A stretch of DNA of 32,000 bases from Erysipelothrix larvae (GCF_001545095.1 NZ_CP013213.1:1-32000); one strand, 5' to 3'; shown: positions 1-12,589, counted from the first letter of the stretch. Notes: generated from the sequence alone by a model not told the origin. Numbers and translations are program-made.

Positions 1-1377
1 ATGAATAATGCGAAGTTTTCTTATTTGGACTCTGTGTGGAATCAGACCAAAAATACAATTAAAAGTGAAGGTAAGGTTGATAACAGTATTTATACAACCT
101 ATTTTGAGCATTCGTCACTTGTGGACCTTAATGATTCGAAAGCTTGGATTACTGTTCCATCATTTTTACATAAAGTTGTGCTCAGCGATGGACTCGACAT
201 TATCAATACTGCCTTGTGTTCTATTCTAAGTCGAGACAAAATTGATTCAGAAGTATTTGTTGAGAGTGAATACGAACCAGAACAACATGATCAACCGTTA
301 GAAACCGTGAATATTGAACCAATAAAACCAAAAGTCATCAATACTGATGGTATTTCTGACAGTCAAACATTTGATAATTTCGTAGTTGGGACGAGTAATA
401 AAGAAGCCCATGCTGCTGCATTAGCGTGTGCGTATCGCCCTGGTCAATTTTATACGCCATTATTTATTCACGGTAATTCTGGTCTTGGTAAAACACACTT
501 ATTAAATTCAATTGGAAATTATGTAAAGAAAAATCATGCTGATTCTCAAATCTACTATACATCGAGTGTTGATTTTGTAAGACAAGTTGCAGAATCAATT
601 GGAAAAAATCAAATTGAAGATTTTAAGAATCAAATGTATGACTTAGATGTGCTTCTAATTGATGATATTCAATTCTTAGCTGGAAAAGAAAAATCTCATG
701 AGATCTTCTTCCATATCTTTAATGAATTAGCCTACCGTAAAAAACAAATTGTTATCACAAGTGATCGACCACCCACTGAAATTAAAGGACTTGAAGAACG
801 CTTAATTAGTCGCTTCTCATCAGGTTTAACTGTTGGAATGGACTCGCCAGAGTTTGAAACATCACTCGCAATTTTAGAAATGAAAATTAGAAATCAAAGT
901 GTGGATCCAAGTATCTTTGATGAAGAAGTACTCCATTACATCGCATCAAATTTCTCGAAGGATGTACGGCAATTGGAAGGTGCATTAAATCGTCTGTTGT
1001 TCTTCTCAATTGAATTTTCTAAAAGTGATCATGTGGCTATGGATACAGCCATCAGTGCTTTTAAGAAATCTGGAATTGAATCAACAACACGAGAAATTAC
1101 GCCAAAATTAATTAAACAAATTGTTTCTGATTATTATGGTCTAACCGTTACTCAATTAACAGGTAAGTCAAGAACAAAAGCAATCTCAAATGCACGACAT
1201 ATTGCGATTTATCTTACACGTAAGTTCTTGGATATGCCTTACAATAAGATTGGTAATGAATTTGGAAGAAGAGACCACTCTACGATTATAAATGCTTGTG
1301 ATAAGATTGAAAATGCGATTAACAGTGACCAATATTTAGCGTCTGCGATTCAAGAGATAGAGTTGAAAATTAAGTAA
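1..1377 (+). CDS. dnaA: Chromosomal replication initiator protein DnaA (458 aa, complete; window starts on its ATG)
   Basis: Walker A GNSGLGKTHL, AAA+ box VLLIDDIQF, and the C-terminal DnaA-box-binding helix-turn-helix (RHIAIYLTRK...DHSTI). It is followed by dnaN, as in the canonical origin arrangement. Confidence 0.97.
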   Translation: MNNAKFSYLDSVWNQTKNTIKSEGKVDNSIYTTYFEHSSLVDLNDSKAWITVPSFLHKVVLSDGLDIINTALCSILSRDKIDSEVFVESEYEPEQHDQPLETVNIEPIKPKVINTDGISDSQTFDNFVVGTSNKEAHAAALACAYRPGQFYTPLFIHGNSGLGKTHLLNSIGNYVKKNHADSQIYYTSSVDFVRQVAESIGKNQIEDFKNQMYDLDVLLIDDIQFLAGKEKSHEIFFHIFNELAYRKKQIVITSDRPPTEIKGLEERLISRFSSGLTVGMDSPEFETSLAILEMKIRNQSVDPSIFDEEVLHYIASNFSKDVRQLEGALNRLLFFSIEFSKSDHVAMDTAISAFKKSGIESTTREITPKLIKQIVSDYYGLTVTQLTGKSRTKAISNARHIAIYLTRKFLDMPYNKIGNEFGRRDHSTIINACDKIENAINSDQYLASAIQEIELKIK

Positions 1378-1443
1378 ACTATCAACTATTTAATCACACC
1401 TAAATATGGTACAATAGTCTTGTGTTTAGTGCGTTATTTGGGG

Positions 1444-1505
1444 TTTGTCCACTTATCCACAGCACTAATAGTAATAATAAGTATTAAATATATATAAATA
1501 TAACA
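1444..1505 (+). promoter_or_regulatory. oriC segment in the dnaA-dnaN spacer: tandem DnaA boxes, GC spacer, TAA/TAG triplet run and AT-rich unwinding element
   Basis: A perfect consensus DnaA box TTATCCACA lies at 1453-1461 and is directly preceded by the degenerate box TTTGTCCAC (1444-1452). Then come GCAC (1462-1465), TAA TAG TAA TAA TAA (1466-1480) and about 25 nt composed almost entirely of A/T (1481-1505). Confidence 0.65.
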
Positions 1506-1516
1506 GGAGGCAATGC

Positions 1517-2635
1517 ATGAAATTTTCAATTTCAAAAAGCGTTTTTCTAAAGTCATTAACTTCAGTTGGTAGAGCTTCTTCTAATCATTCACCCTTACCA
1601 ATTCTATCTGGAATTAAAGTGACTGTTGATCATCAAGGCATTACATTACTTGCTAGTAATACAAATATTACAATTCAAGAAATTATTGATGTTAGTGAAG
1701 CATCTCAGTTATCCGTGGCAGAAACAGGAAGTGTTGTTTTAGAATCTCGTTACTTAATTGAAGCTGTTCGTAAATTAGATAGTACACTTGTTAATGTTGA
1801 AATTATTGATGGTGCATTAACACGTATTAGTGGTAATAACGCTGAATATGAAATCAATGGTATAAAAGGGGACCAGTTCCCAGCTATTGATTTAACTAAA
1901 CCTGATATTTTCTTTACCTTATCTGCTTATAAATTAAAAGAAATCATTAAGCAGACCGCCTTTGCGTGTTCTCAAAGTGAAGACCGTCCGATATTTACAG
2001 GGGTTAACTTTAGAGCTGATCAAAAAACATTGGAATGTGTTGCGACTGATAGTTATCGGTTAGCTAAGAAAACCATTGAATTGGATAATCCGCTTACGTT
2101 TAATATTACAGTTCCTGCAACCAATTTAAATGAAGTAGAAAAAACAATTGACGACAACAATGATGTTGGAATTGCCTTGTCTACAAAGTATATTCAATTC
2201 TATGTTGGAAAGACACTCATCCAATCGCGTTTGCTTGATGGAATGTTCCCAGATGTAAATCGCTTAATCCCTACAGATTTCGCCTATGAATTAAGTGTTG
2301 ATACCACAGATTTTATTGCTGCATTGGATCGATCATCATTCTTGAAAAATGATGGATATTGGACAGTTCGTCTTGAAACAAGCAGTGAATTGATTACAAT
2401 TCGCTCACGTTCTCAAGAAATTGGATCATCCCATGAAGTAATTAGCCCTATCGATTATAAAGGTGGTAGTTTAAAAATTACTTTTAGTGGACGTTACATG
2501 ATTGAAGCACTTCGCTCATTTAGAGCTGATGTTGTGAAGATTCTATTTGTTGCGGAAATGCAAGCATTTATTCTTGTGAATCCTAATGATGAATCTGTAG
2601 TTCAACTTGTCTTACCAGTTCGTACATTTGATTAA
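1517..2635 (+). CDS. dnaN: DNA polymerase III beta sliding clamp
   Basis: 372 aa with three-domain beta-clamp length and sequence character (MKFSISK...FLKSL...). RBS AGGAGG lies 7 nt upstream. Position is immediately after dnaA. Confidence 0.97.
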   Translation: MKFSISKSVFLKSLTSVGRASSNHSPLPILSGIKVTVDHQGITLLASNTNITIQEIIDVSEASQLSVAETGSVVLESRYLIEAVRKLDSTLVNVEIIDGALTRISGNNAEYEINGIKGDQFPAIDLTKPDIFFTLSAYKLKEIIKQTAFACSQSEDRPIFTGVNFRADQKTLECVATDSYRLAKKTIELDNPLTFNITVPATNLNEVEKTIDDNNDVGIALSTKYIQFYVGKTLIQSRLLDGMFPDVNRLIPTDFAYELSVDTTDFIAALDRSSFLKNDGYWTVRLETSSELITIRSRSQEIGSSHEVISPIDYKGGSLKITFSGRYMIEALRSFRADVVKILFVAEMQAFILVNPNDESVVQLVLPVRTFD

Positions 2636-2645
2636 TATAACACCG

Positions 2646-2677
2646 ACGCTTCAGATTAATTTCTCGAGGCGTTTTTT
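2646..2677 (+). terminator. Rho-independent terminator after dnaN
   Basis: ACGCTTCAGA / TCTCGAGGCGT form a roughly 10-bp stem with one bulge and one G-U pair. The loop is TTAATT and a TTTTTT run follows. Confidence 0.6.
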
Positions 2678-2940
2678 ATCGTTCTTGCTTTTTTTAGTAC
2701 AGTGTCTGAGTATGAAAATCCTACATTTAATGGAGTTAGTGCGCAAAAGTGTGATTTCATTTTAGAAATATCTGCCGTCATCAATTCAATGAAACGGATC
2801 ATCTCTTATAACTACTTATATATTTTCATTCATATTAGTGAAATTGATGGTTAAGACTCATTCTCTTGTTTTAACGCTTGTACTCTAAAATTTCTCATTC
2901 TGTGGTGTCTTAATATAAAAATCATCAAAAAGCTTTGTAT

Positions 2941-2960
2941 GACGGTTTAAACCGTCTTTT
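2941..2960 (+). terminator. Short terminator-like hairpin inside the dnaN-yaaA spacer
   Basis: GACGGT-TTAA-ACCGTC is a perfect 6-bp stem followed by TTTT. No annotated gene ends here. Confidence 0.35.
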
Positions 2961-2982
2961 ACGTGATTTATAGTCCAATTTG

Positions 2983-2991
2983 TGATATAAT
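2983..2991 (+). promoter_or_regulatory. Extended -10 promoter element for yaaA-recF-gyrBA
   Basis: TGaTATAAT lies 26 nt upstream of the yaaA ATG. No good -35 hexamer is present. Confidence 0.45.
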
Positions 2992-3016
2992 ATAACCGTT
3001 ACGAAAGAGGGTTGCT

Positions 3017-3218
3017 ATGAAAGAAAATATACCATTTATTACATTAGGTCAATTTCTTAAAGTACAGGAATATGTAAGTTCAGGAGGCGAAGCAAAACAT
3101 CGTATTCATGAGTTTGATATTACTGTAAATGGAGAGAAAGAAAATCGTAGAGGCAGAAAACTTTATTCTGGTGATGTCGTAACGATTGATGGCAACGTTC
3201 ATGATTTGACGTTTGAAG

Positions 3219-3229
<11 letters not shown>
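3017..3229 (+). CDS. yaaA: S4-domain RNA-binding protein YaaA (RlbA-like), 70 aa
   Basis: Size, the sequence (ITLGQFLK...SGGEAK...V.VNGE.E.RRG.KL..GD.V) and the conserved position between dnaN and recF all match. RBS is AAAGAGGG. Confidence 0.85.
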
Positions 3230-6234
<3,005 letters not shown>

Positions 6235-6242
6235 GAGGGACC

Positions 6243-8792
6243 ATGGAAGAAAATTTAAAACACGGGCGCATTAAGCCCCAAAATATTTCTGAAGAAATGA
6301 GAAAATCATTCCTATCGTATTCAATGTCAGTTATTGTATCACGGGCATTACCAGATGTTAGGGATGGATTAAAACCCGTTCACCGTCGTATTTTGTATTC
6401 GATGAATGACTTAGGAATGACTAGTGATAAACCCTATAAGAAATCAGCACGTATCGTAGGGGACGTAATTGGTAAATATCACCCTCATGGTGATACTGCT
6501 GTATATGATGCAATGGTTCGTATGGCACAAGAATTTTCTTACCGTTATATGCTTGTAGATGGTCACGGTAACTTTGGTTCAATTGACGGCGATGGTGCTG
6601 CAGCGATGCGGTATACTGAAGCAAGAATGTCTAAAGTTGCAATGGAAATGTTACGCGATATTAAAAAAGACACTGTTGATTTTGAAGATAACTACGATGG
6701 TGAAGAAACTGAACCAACAGTACTTCCTTCTCGTTTTCCAAACCTACTTGTTAATGGTGCGACAGGGATTGCTGTCGGTATGGCAACAAATATACCCCCT
6801 CATAACCTAAAAGAAGTAGTTAATGGGGTCATCGGACTTATTGATAATCCAGATATTACTGTACTTGAACTCATGGAAGATTATGTTCATGGTCCAGATT
6901 TCCCAACGGGTGGATTTATTCTTGGACGAAGTGGTATCAAAGAAGCGTATGAAACAGGTCGTGGATCTGTAGTGATGCGTGCAAAAATTGATACTGAAGA
7001 TATGGGAGGCGGAAAACATAAATTGTTTGTTCGTGAAATTCCATATCAAGTAAATAAAGCGAATCTAGTTGAACGGATTGCTTCACTCGTTCGTGAAAAA
7101 CAAATCGATGGGATTGTAGACCTAAGAGATGAGTCAAACCGTGAAGGTATTCGAATTGTAATTGAATTACGTCGTGATGTTCAACCTGAGGTAATTCTCA
7201 ATCAACTCTACCGACTTACACCATTACAAAGTAACTTTGGTGTAAACATGTTAGCCCTAGTAAACCGTGAACCACGTTTAATGGGTTTATTAGAAGTATT
7301 AAATCACTATCTTGATCACCAAGTTGAAATCATTACTCGTAGAACACAATACGATTTAAGACGCGCAGAAGAACGTGCCCATATCTTGGCTGGACTTTTG
7401 ATTGCGCTTGATAATATTGATGAAATTATTCGAATCATTCGAAGTTCACGTGATGATGCTGAGATTACCGGAAAATTCATTGAACGTTTTGGACTCAGTC
7501 AACTACAATGTAAAGCAATTCTAGATATGGCTTTAAGACGTCTATCTGGATTGGAACGTGAAAGACTTGAAACTGAACTTGGAGAATTAGAAATTAAGAT
7601 TGCAGATTACAAAGATATTCTAGGAAATCGCTTTAGAATTCTTGAAATTATTCGCACTGAAATGACTGAAATCCGTGATAAGTTTGGTGATGAGCGTCGT
7701 TCTGAAATCATAGAAGGCGATATTGATATGTTGGATGAAGATTTAATTCCAGTTCAAGATATTGTTGTGGCATTGACGATGAATGGCTATATTAAGCGAA
7801 CCACAGTTGATGCATTTAATCTCCAAAATCGTGGCGGTCGTGGGGTTAAGGGAATCTCAACATATGAAGAAGATGTTGTGGATCAATTAATTTCAATGTC
7901 TACACACGATTATCTACTCTGTTTCACAAACCTTGGAAAAGTCTACAGAATGCGTGGATTTAATGTTCCAGCAGCAAGTAGAACTGCAAAAGGAATTCCT
8001 GTCGTCAATCTTCTAAATTTAGAAAAAGGAGAAGTCATCAATACTTTAGTTCGTGTTCAAAAAGAAGATGAAGAAAGTAAATATGCATTCTTTGTAACGA
8101 AGAAGGGTGTCGTAAAACGTGTTGAACTCGGAGAATTCGATTCAATTCGTCAATCAGGTAAGATTGCAATCACCTTACGTGAGGACGATGAACTTGTTGC
8201 AGTAAGATTAACCACAGGTGAAAACGAAATTATTATCGGTGGATCAAATGGTAAAGCGATTCGCTTTAATGAACAAGATGTCCGTGTTATGGGTCGTACA
8301 GCAGCCGGTGTCAATGGTATGAATACGGATGGATCTGATGTTGTCGGAGTTGCAACTGATGCGCTAGGACAATATATCTTGTCTGTAACTGAACGTGGTT
8401 ATGGTAAACGAACACCAATTTCCGAATATCGACTTACAGGTCGTGGTGGTAAAGGTGTTATTACAATTGCAACAAACGAAAGAAATGGTAAGCTTGTTAA
8501 TTTACGAGCAGTAGATGGCGACGAAGAACTTCTCATTATGACAACAGATGGTACAGTTATTCGTATCAAAGTTGATAATGTTGGAGTCTATGGACGTTCA
8601 GCAATGGGAGTACGCTTAATTAATGTAAAAGGCGAAACGCTTGTAAGTTCTGTAGCTGTTGTTGCAAACAACGGTGAAGATGACGAAGAAGTTGAAATTG
8701 CTGATGATTTAGTTACATCTGAAGATACAGTTGTTGAATCTGTTGAAGAAACAGGAACTGAAACGCTTGAAGAAATAAGTGAAGAAGAATAA
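6243..8792 (+). CDS. gyrA: DNA gyrase subunit A
   Basis: DGLKPVHRR, the QRDR-like segment [10 protein letters not shown], and the catalytic Tyr context AAMRYTE. The C-terminal beta-pinwheel repeats end in an acidic tail. Confidence 0.98.
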   Translation: MEENLKHGRIKPQNISEEMRKSFLSYSMSVIVSRALPDVRDGLKPVHRRILYSMNDLGMTSDKPYKKSARIVGDVIGKYHPHGDTAVYDAMVRMAQEFSYRYMLVDGHGNFGSIDGDGAAAMRYTEARMSKVAMEMLRDIKKDTVDFEDNYDGEETEPTVLPSRFPNLLVNGATGIAVGMATNIPPHNLKEVVNGVIGLIDNPDITVLELMEDYVHGPDFPTGGFILGRSGIKEAYETGRGSVVMRAKIDTEDMGGGKHKLFVREIPYQVNKANLVERIASLVREKQIDGIVDLRDESNREGIRIVIELRRDVQPEVILNQLYRLTPLQSNFGVNMLALVNREPRLMGLLEVLNHYLDHQVEIITRRTQYDLRRAEERAHILAGLLIALDNIDEIIRIIRSSRDDAEITGKFIERFGLSQLQCKAILDMALRRLSGLERERLETELGELEIKIADYKDILGNRFRILEIIRTEMTEIRDKFGDERRSEIIEGDIDMLDEDLIPVQDIVVALTMNGYIKRTTVDAFNLQNRGGRGVKGISTYEEDVVDQLISMSTHDYLLCFTNLGKVYRMRGFNVPAASRTAKGIPVVNLLNLEKGEVINTLVRVQKEDEESKYAFFVTKKGVVKRVELGEFDSIRQSGKIAITLREDDELVAVRLTTGENEIIIGGSNGKAIRFNEQDVRVMGRTAAGVNGMNTDGSDVVGVATDALGQYILSVTERGYGKRTPISEYRLTGRGGKGVITIATNERNGKLVNLRAVDGDEELLIMTTDGTVIRIKVDNVGVYGRSAMGVRLINVKGETLVSSVAVVANNGEDDEEVEIADDLVTSEDTVVESVEETGTETLEEISEEE

Positions 8793-8802
8793 AAGAATGA
8801 TT

Positions 8803-8836
8803 GAAAACACTGGCAAAATAGTCAGTGTTTTCTTAT
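8803..8836 (+). terminator. Rho-independent terminator after gyrA
   Basis: GAAAACACTG (8803-8812) pairs perfectly with CAGTGTTTTC (8823-8832). The stem's own 3' arm ends in TTTT, and TTAT follows. Confidence 0.75.
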
Positions 8837-8996
8837 ATCAAACACCAATAATAATTAACTTAGTATTTACAATATCAATCGAAAATCATAATATGATAAT
8901 ATACAAGATTTGAAGTGTAAGGAAATCAAAAGTACCTCACAACACGTCTTAATTACGTATACACAATTAATAAAACAGTGAAAGAATGGTAAAAAT

Positions 8997-9404
8997 ATGG
9001 AATCAATTGATAACAATCAAATTATGGCTCTTTTAGGGAGTGATTTATATCATTGTTGGATTGAATTAAATCACCGTATTCAAAGATGCTATGACACAGA
9101 TCGATTATGGAATAAAGGATATCGTGATTGGGTTTACGAATATAAGTATCGAAGAGGGGGTAAAACATTATGCACTTTTTATCTTAAAGATAAAACCATT
9201 GGATGTCAGATTGTTTTTGGACTCAAAGAACGTGAAAAATTCGAATTAGAACGCGCTGACTATTCAAAAGAAATGCAAGACATATATGATTTATCAACAA
9301 CATACCACGATGGCAAATGGATGCTTATTTCAATAGAAAACGATACACTTTTTGATGATATTCTTAAATTATTACGTATCAAAAGAAGACCAAATGTTGT
9401 TTAA
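8997..9404 (+). CDS. DUF3788-like small protein (135 aa), function unknown
   Basis: From memory of the family: the length and the pattern ...W...Y.YK....LC......F....V.G..E......L......Y.......G.W..I.V.......D...L...K. The assignment was not verified by a search. Confidence 0.55.
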   Translation: MESIDNNQIMALLGSDLYHCWIELNHRIQRCYDTDRLWNKGYRDWVYEYKYRRGGKTLCTFYLKDKTIGCQIVFGLKEREKFELERADYSKEMQDIYDLSTTYHDGKWMLISIENDTLFDDILKLLRIKRRPNVV

Positions 9405-9533
9405 AATATAATAAAACATAAAATAAGTTGTGTAAGTGTTAAAATTTGAATTATTATACCCATTTTGTTAACAAAGATTAAACAAATTGTACAAATATAA
9501 TTCGATAAGATATTCATTAATTGGAGTGATACA

Positions 9534-10058
9534 ATGAGAGCGTATTTTTTGAAGACAGAGCGCATAGGATTCTCAAAATGGACTGATCATGATCTGATTT
9601 TGTGTAATCAACTATGGAAAGACGAGGCGGTCACACGGTACATCAGTAAAAATGGAATGTTTACTACAGATGACATCAAAAATAGACTGGAAACAGAAAT
9701 ACAGAATGAGCAATTATTTCAAGTTCAATATTGGCCTATTTTTGAGCTTACAACCAATGAATTTATTGGATGTTGTGGTATAAGACCCAGTGACATAGCT
9801 GAAGATTCTTTCGAATTAGGATTTCACCTTTGTAAGAAACACTGGGGAAAGGGATATGCTTTTGAGGCAGCAACAGCAGTTATTGAATATAGTTTTAATA
9901 GATTAAAAATTAATGAATTATTTGCAGGACATCATCCTGAAAATGAAGCCTCACGCAACCTTATCCTAAAACTAGGGTTTTTATTCATTAATGATTCATA
10001 TTATGAACCAACCGGTCTTTACCATCCTTCATATGTGCTTAGAAGTAACCAACGCTAA
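9534..10058 (+). CDS. GNAT family N-acetyltransferase (RimJ/RimL-like)
   Basis: Acetyl-CoA binding region HWGKGYAFEAATAVIEY...NEASRNLILKLGF. RBS is GGAGTGA. Confidence 0.85.
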   Translation: MRAYFLKTERIGFSKWTDHDLILCNQLWKDEAVTRYISKNGMFTTDDIKNRLETEIQNEQLFQVQYWPIFELTTNEFIGCCGIRPSDIAEDSFELGFHLCKKHWGKGYAFEAATAVIEYSFNRLKINELFAGHHPENEASRNLILKLGFLFINDSYYEPTGLYHPSYVLRSNQR

Positions 10059-10086
10059 TGATTTGATGATGATACCTCCCTTGTTA

Positions 10087-10115
10087 TTGACGATACCTAT
10101 TGTTTATCATATAAT
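10087..10115 (+). promoter_or_regulatory. Sigma-A type promoter of the serS leader
   Basis: TTGACG (10087-10092), a 17-nt spacer, then TATAAT (10110-10115). Confidence 0.7.
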
Positions 10116-10121
10116 AGACGT

Positions 10122-10318
10122 AGCTCAATGATAGGGATTAATATAGGAAACTGTTTATAGAGAGATAATGGTTGGTGAAAATTATCAACAGCACTTATAG
10201 TTCCACCCTTAAGAGAAACCGGACACATTCCGTTATCAAGTATCGAGGATTGTTTCACGTGAAACAATTGAACCAGGGTGGCACCACGAGAAATCGTCCC
10301 TAATTGGTGTTTTTTTTA
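10122..10318 (+). promoter_or_regulatory. T-box leader (tRNA-sensing riboswitch) controlling serS
   Basis: Stem I elements are AGAGAG (10159-10164) and the distal loop GGTTGGTGAAA flanked by GATAAT/ATTATC. The T-box sequence AACCAGGGTGGCACCACGAG lies at 10271-10290. The antiterminator is AGGG-UGGCACC-ACGA/UCGU-CCCU, and a T8 run follows at 10310-10317. Confidence 0.85.
10249..10268. repeat. Palindrome copy 1 (ATTGTTTCACGTGAAACAAT, 20-nt perfect); it forms T-box stem III
   Basis: Read directly. The core GTTTCACGTGAAAC lies at 10252-10265. Confidence 0.95.
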
Positions 10319-10345
10319 TATTTTAATACAGAAAGAGGAGATTAC

Positions 10346-11626
10346 ATGTTAGATATTAACTTGTTTAGAACAAATCCAGAATTGATTAAAGAAAATCTAA
10401 AAAAGAAATTCCAAGATCAAAAGATAAGCATGGTAGATGATATTATTGAGAAAGATATTGAATACCGTCGCATTAAAACACGTGCGGATGAATTAAGAAG
10501 TCAAAGAAATGCACTATCAAAGCAAATTGGTGCATTAATGGGTCAAAAGAAAATTGAAGAAGCAAATGAAGTAAAGGCAAAAGTTCAAGAATATGCTCAA
10601 GAGTTAAAGGATATAGAAGAACGTGAAGAACCTTTATACAATGAAATTCAAGAATTAGTAATGCAAATACCAAATATAATTGCAGATGATGTACCGTTAG
10701 GAAAAGACGATTCAGAAAATGTTGAATTGTACCGTGTAGGTGAAATTAAAGACAAAACATTCGAAGTTCCTTATCATGTGGATATTATGGAAGCATTAAA
10801 TGGTATAGATTTAGACAGCGCAAGAAAAACCAGTGGAAACGGATTTTATTATCTTCTAGGGGACATCGCGCGTCTACATTCAGCAGTTACTGCTTATGCA
10901 CGCGATTTTATGATTGATCGCAATTATACATATGTGATTCCACCATTTATGATTCGAGAAAAAGTAGTCAGTGGTGTTATGAGTTTTGCAGAAATGGAAA
11001 ATATGATGTATAAGATTGAAGGGGAAGACTTATATCTTATTGGGACAAGTGAACACTCATTAATTGGAAAATATATTGACACAATTCTTGAAGAAGACAC
11101 ACTGCCACATCGCTTAACAAGTTATTCACCTTGTTTTAGAAAAGAAGTAGGGGCACATGGAATTGAAGAACGTGGTGTCTATCGAATCCATCAATTTGAA
11201 AAACAAGAAATGGTTATTGTATGTAAACCAGAAGAGAGTCCAAAGATGTTTAAAGAGATGCTCAAAAATTCAGTTGATTTCTTTGAATCTCTTGATATTC
11301 CAGTACGCGTTTTAGAATCATGTTCTGGAGATCTAGCTGATCTTAAATATAAAGGGGTCGACGTAGAGGCGTGGTCACCACGACAAAAGACATTCTTTGA
11401 GGTTGGAAGCTGTTCAAATCTAACGGATGCACAAGCAAGACGACTTAAAATACGTGTCAACACAAGTGAAGGGCGTGTATTTGCACATACTTTGAATAAT
11501 ACTGTCGTTGCACCACCACGAATGTTAATTGCTTTCTTAGAAAACAATTTACAAGAAGACGGTACAATAGCAATTCCAAAACCATTACAACCATATATGG
11601 GATTCAAGGAATTTATCGGTAAATAA
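10346..11626 (+). CDS. serS: Seryl-tRNA synthetase
   Basis: N-terminal coiled-coil arm, class II motifs (FRKEVGAHG, YRIHQFEKQE, GSCSN..DAQARRL) and the TSE motif. The start is set at ATG 10346 (MLDINLF) with RBS AAAGAGGAG. The ORF-track start at 10304 would run through the T-box terminator. Confidence 0.95.
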   Translation: MLDINLFRTNPELIKENLKKKFQDQKISMVDDIIEKDIEYRRIKTRADELRSQRNALSKQIGALMGQKKIEEANEVKAKVQEYAQELKDIEEREEPLYNEIQELVMQIPNIIADDVPLGKDDSENVELYRVGEIKDKTFEVPYHVDIMEALNGIDLDSARKTSGNGFYYLLGDIARLHSAVTAYARDFMIDRNYTYVIPPFMIREKVVSGVMSFAEMENMMYKIEGEDLYLIGTSEHSLIGKYIDTILEEDTLPHRLTSYSPCFRKEVGAHGIEERGVYRIHQFEKQEMVIVCKPEESPKMFKEMLKNSVDFFESLDIPVRVLESCSGDLADLKYKGVDVEAWSPRQKTFFEVGSCSNLTDAQARRLKIRVNTSEGRVFAHTLNNTVVAPPRMLIAFLENNLQEDGTIAIPKPLQPYMGFKEFIGK

Positions 11627-11631
11627 AAAAT

Positions 11632-11675
11632 AAGGCATCATGCTTCTGATTGCGAGCGTGATGCCTTTGTTTTAT
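11632..11675. terminator. Bidirectional terminator between convergent serS and the HAD hydrolase gene
   Basis: AAGGCATCA (11632-11640) pairs with TGATGCCTT (11659-11667). An A-run lies upstream and TTGTTTT lies downstream. Confidence 0.8.
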
Positions 11676-12460
11676 TGTCCTAATAGTTCAATTATTTTAT
11701 GCGCGACTGCTTGGTCATCGTTAGAGCCAATTACTTCTGAAGCGACTTCCTTCACGGATTGCGAAGCATTTGATACTGCATAACTGTATTTTACAGCTTC
11801 CAGCATTGTAATGTCGTTATCATAATCACCAAATGCTGCTGCTTCGGTTGGAGAAATATTTAAATCGGTTAACAAGCGGTTTAAAGTATTCCCTTTTGAA
11901 ACATCGTTTCGAATTACATCAATCCATACTTTTCCAGATAGTGTGGGTGTAATTGTACCCCTTAGTTCTTTAGAAACAACAGAATTGAAATTATCTAGAG
12001 TATTATCAATACTCAAAAATGTAATTTTAATTGCTTGGTCTGCATATTGACTCACATCGTCCAAAAATATGCTGTTTTGGTAATATTCTGCCAAGAATCC
12101 TTTATGTGTATCACTTACACAATTGATGTATACTTTATCAACAGCTGTTACTACAACAGAAGTTTCTTTCAGTGATAAACCAACTTCGATTGCTTTTATA
12201 GCATCTTCATAACTAATTAGTGAACCATCAACCAGTTTATCTTTTATTTTTAACTGTGATCCATTATCGCTAATTTTAATAATACGAGAAGCAAGTTCGC
12301 CAAACTTGGTTTCAATACTATGCATTGTTCTTCCGCTTGCAGCTACAAAGAACACACCTTTTTCTTCACACAAATCTAAGATTTCTTTAATGTTGGGTGG
12401 CAGGTGTGAATCGTTGTCTAATAGTGAATGATCCATATCAGTAGAAATAAGTTTAATCAT
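11672..12460 (-). CDS. Cof-type HAD-IIB family hydrolase (sugar-phosphatase-like)
   Basis: Motif I is DMDHSLL, motif II is ASGR, and motif IV is GDYDNDITM. RBS is GAGGAGG. Confidence 0.9.
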   Translation of the reverse strand: MIKLISTDMDHSLLDNDSHLPPNIKEILDLCEEKGVFFVAASGRTMHSIETKFGELASRIIKISDNGSQLKIKDKLVDGSLISYEDAIKAIEVGLSLKETSVVVTAVDKVYINCVSDTHKGFLAEYYQNSIFLDDVSQYADQAIKITFLSIDNTLDNFNSVVSKELRGTITPTLSGKVWIDVIRNDVSKGNTLNRLLTDLNISPTEAAAFGDYDNDITMLEAVKYSYAVSNASQSVKEVASEVIGSNDDQAVAHKIIELLGQ

Positions 12461-12589
12461 AAAATCCTCCTCGGTACGTATTATTTAGTTTAATCATTAT
12501 TCAGAAGTATGTCAATTCAATACAGAAAATTGATAATTTTTATCAATGTATACAGATTAAATTACCTTTTTATGAAACTAAATATATAT

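Noticed and set aside
2656-2802. A 48-codon minus-strand ORF in the dnaN-yaaA spacer
   Set aside because: AAGAG directly abuts the ATG with no spacing, and the ORF ends inside the dnaN terminator. There is no recognisable motif, so it is kept only as a remark in the spacer finding.
8680-8792. The strongly acidic C-terminal tail of GyrA (D/E-rich last 40 residues or so)
   Set aside because: Acidic GyrA tails are known in other bacteria, so this is not unusual enough to report as a finding.
10251-10266. Tested whether TGTTTCACGTGAAACA is a CcpA cre, a GlnR/TnrA site, a Rex site or a CRP/FNR site
   Set aside because: When centred on the CG it does not fit cre (TGWNANCGNTNWCA). Position 5 and the spacing do not fit TGTNA-N7-TNACA. 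It also does not match Rex (TTGTGAA-N4-TTCACAA) or the TGTGA-N6-TCACA / TTGAT-N4-ATCAA patterns.
10304-10345. The ORF-track N-terminal extension of serS (MVFFLYFNTERGDY...)
   Set aside because: It lies over the T-box terminator T-run. The ATG at 10346 has a proper RBS and gives the canonical SerRS N-terminus MLDINLF.
11191-11607. A 138-aa minus-strand ORF inside serS
   Set aside because: It is antisense to a confidently identified gene. It has no RBS and its composition is low-complexity, so it is treated as a shadow ORF. The same reasoning applies to 8-229, 3080-3295, 4247-4668, 4937-5197, 5337-5600, 5944-6210, 6421-7137, 10473-10673, 12697-12891, 13258-13503, 15479-15745, 17905-18099, 18272-18481, 19553-19753, 21419-21697, 24581-24784 and 29015-29209.
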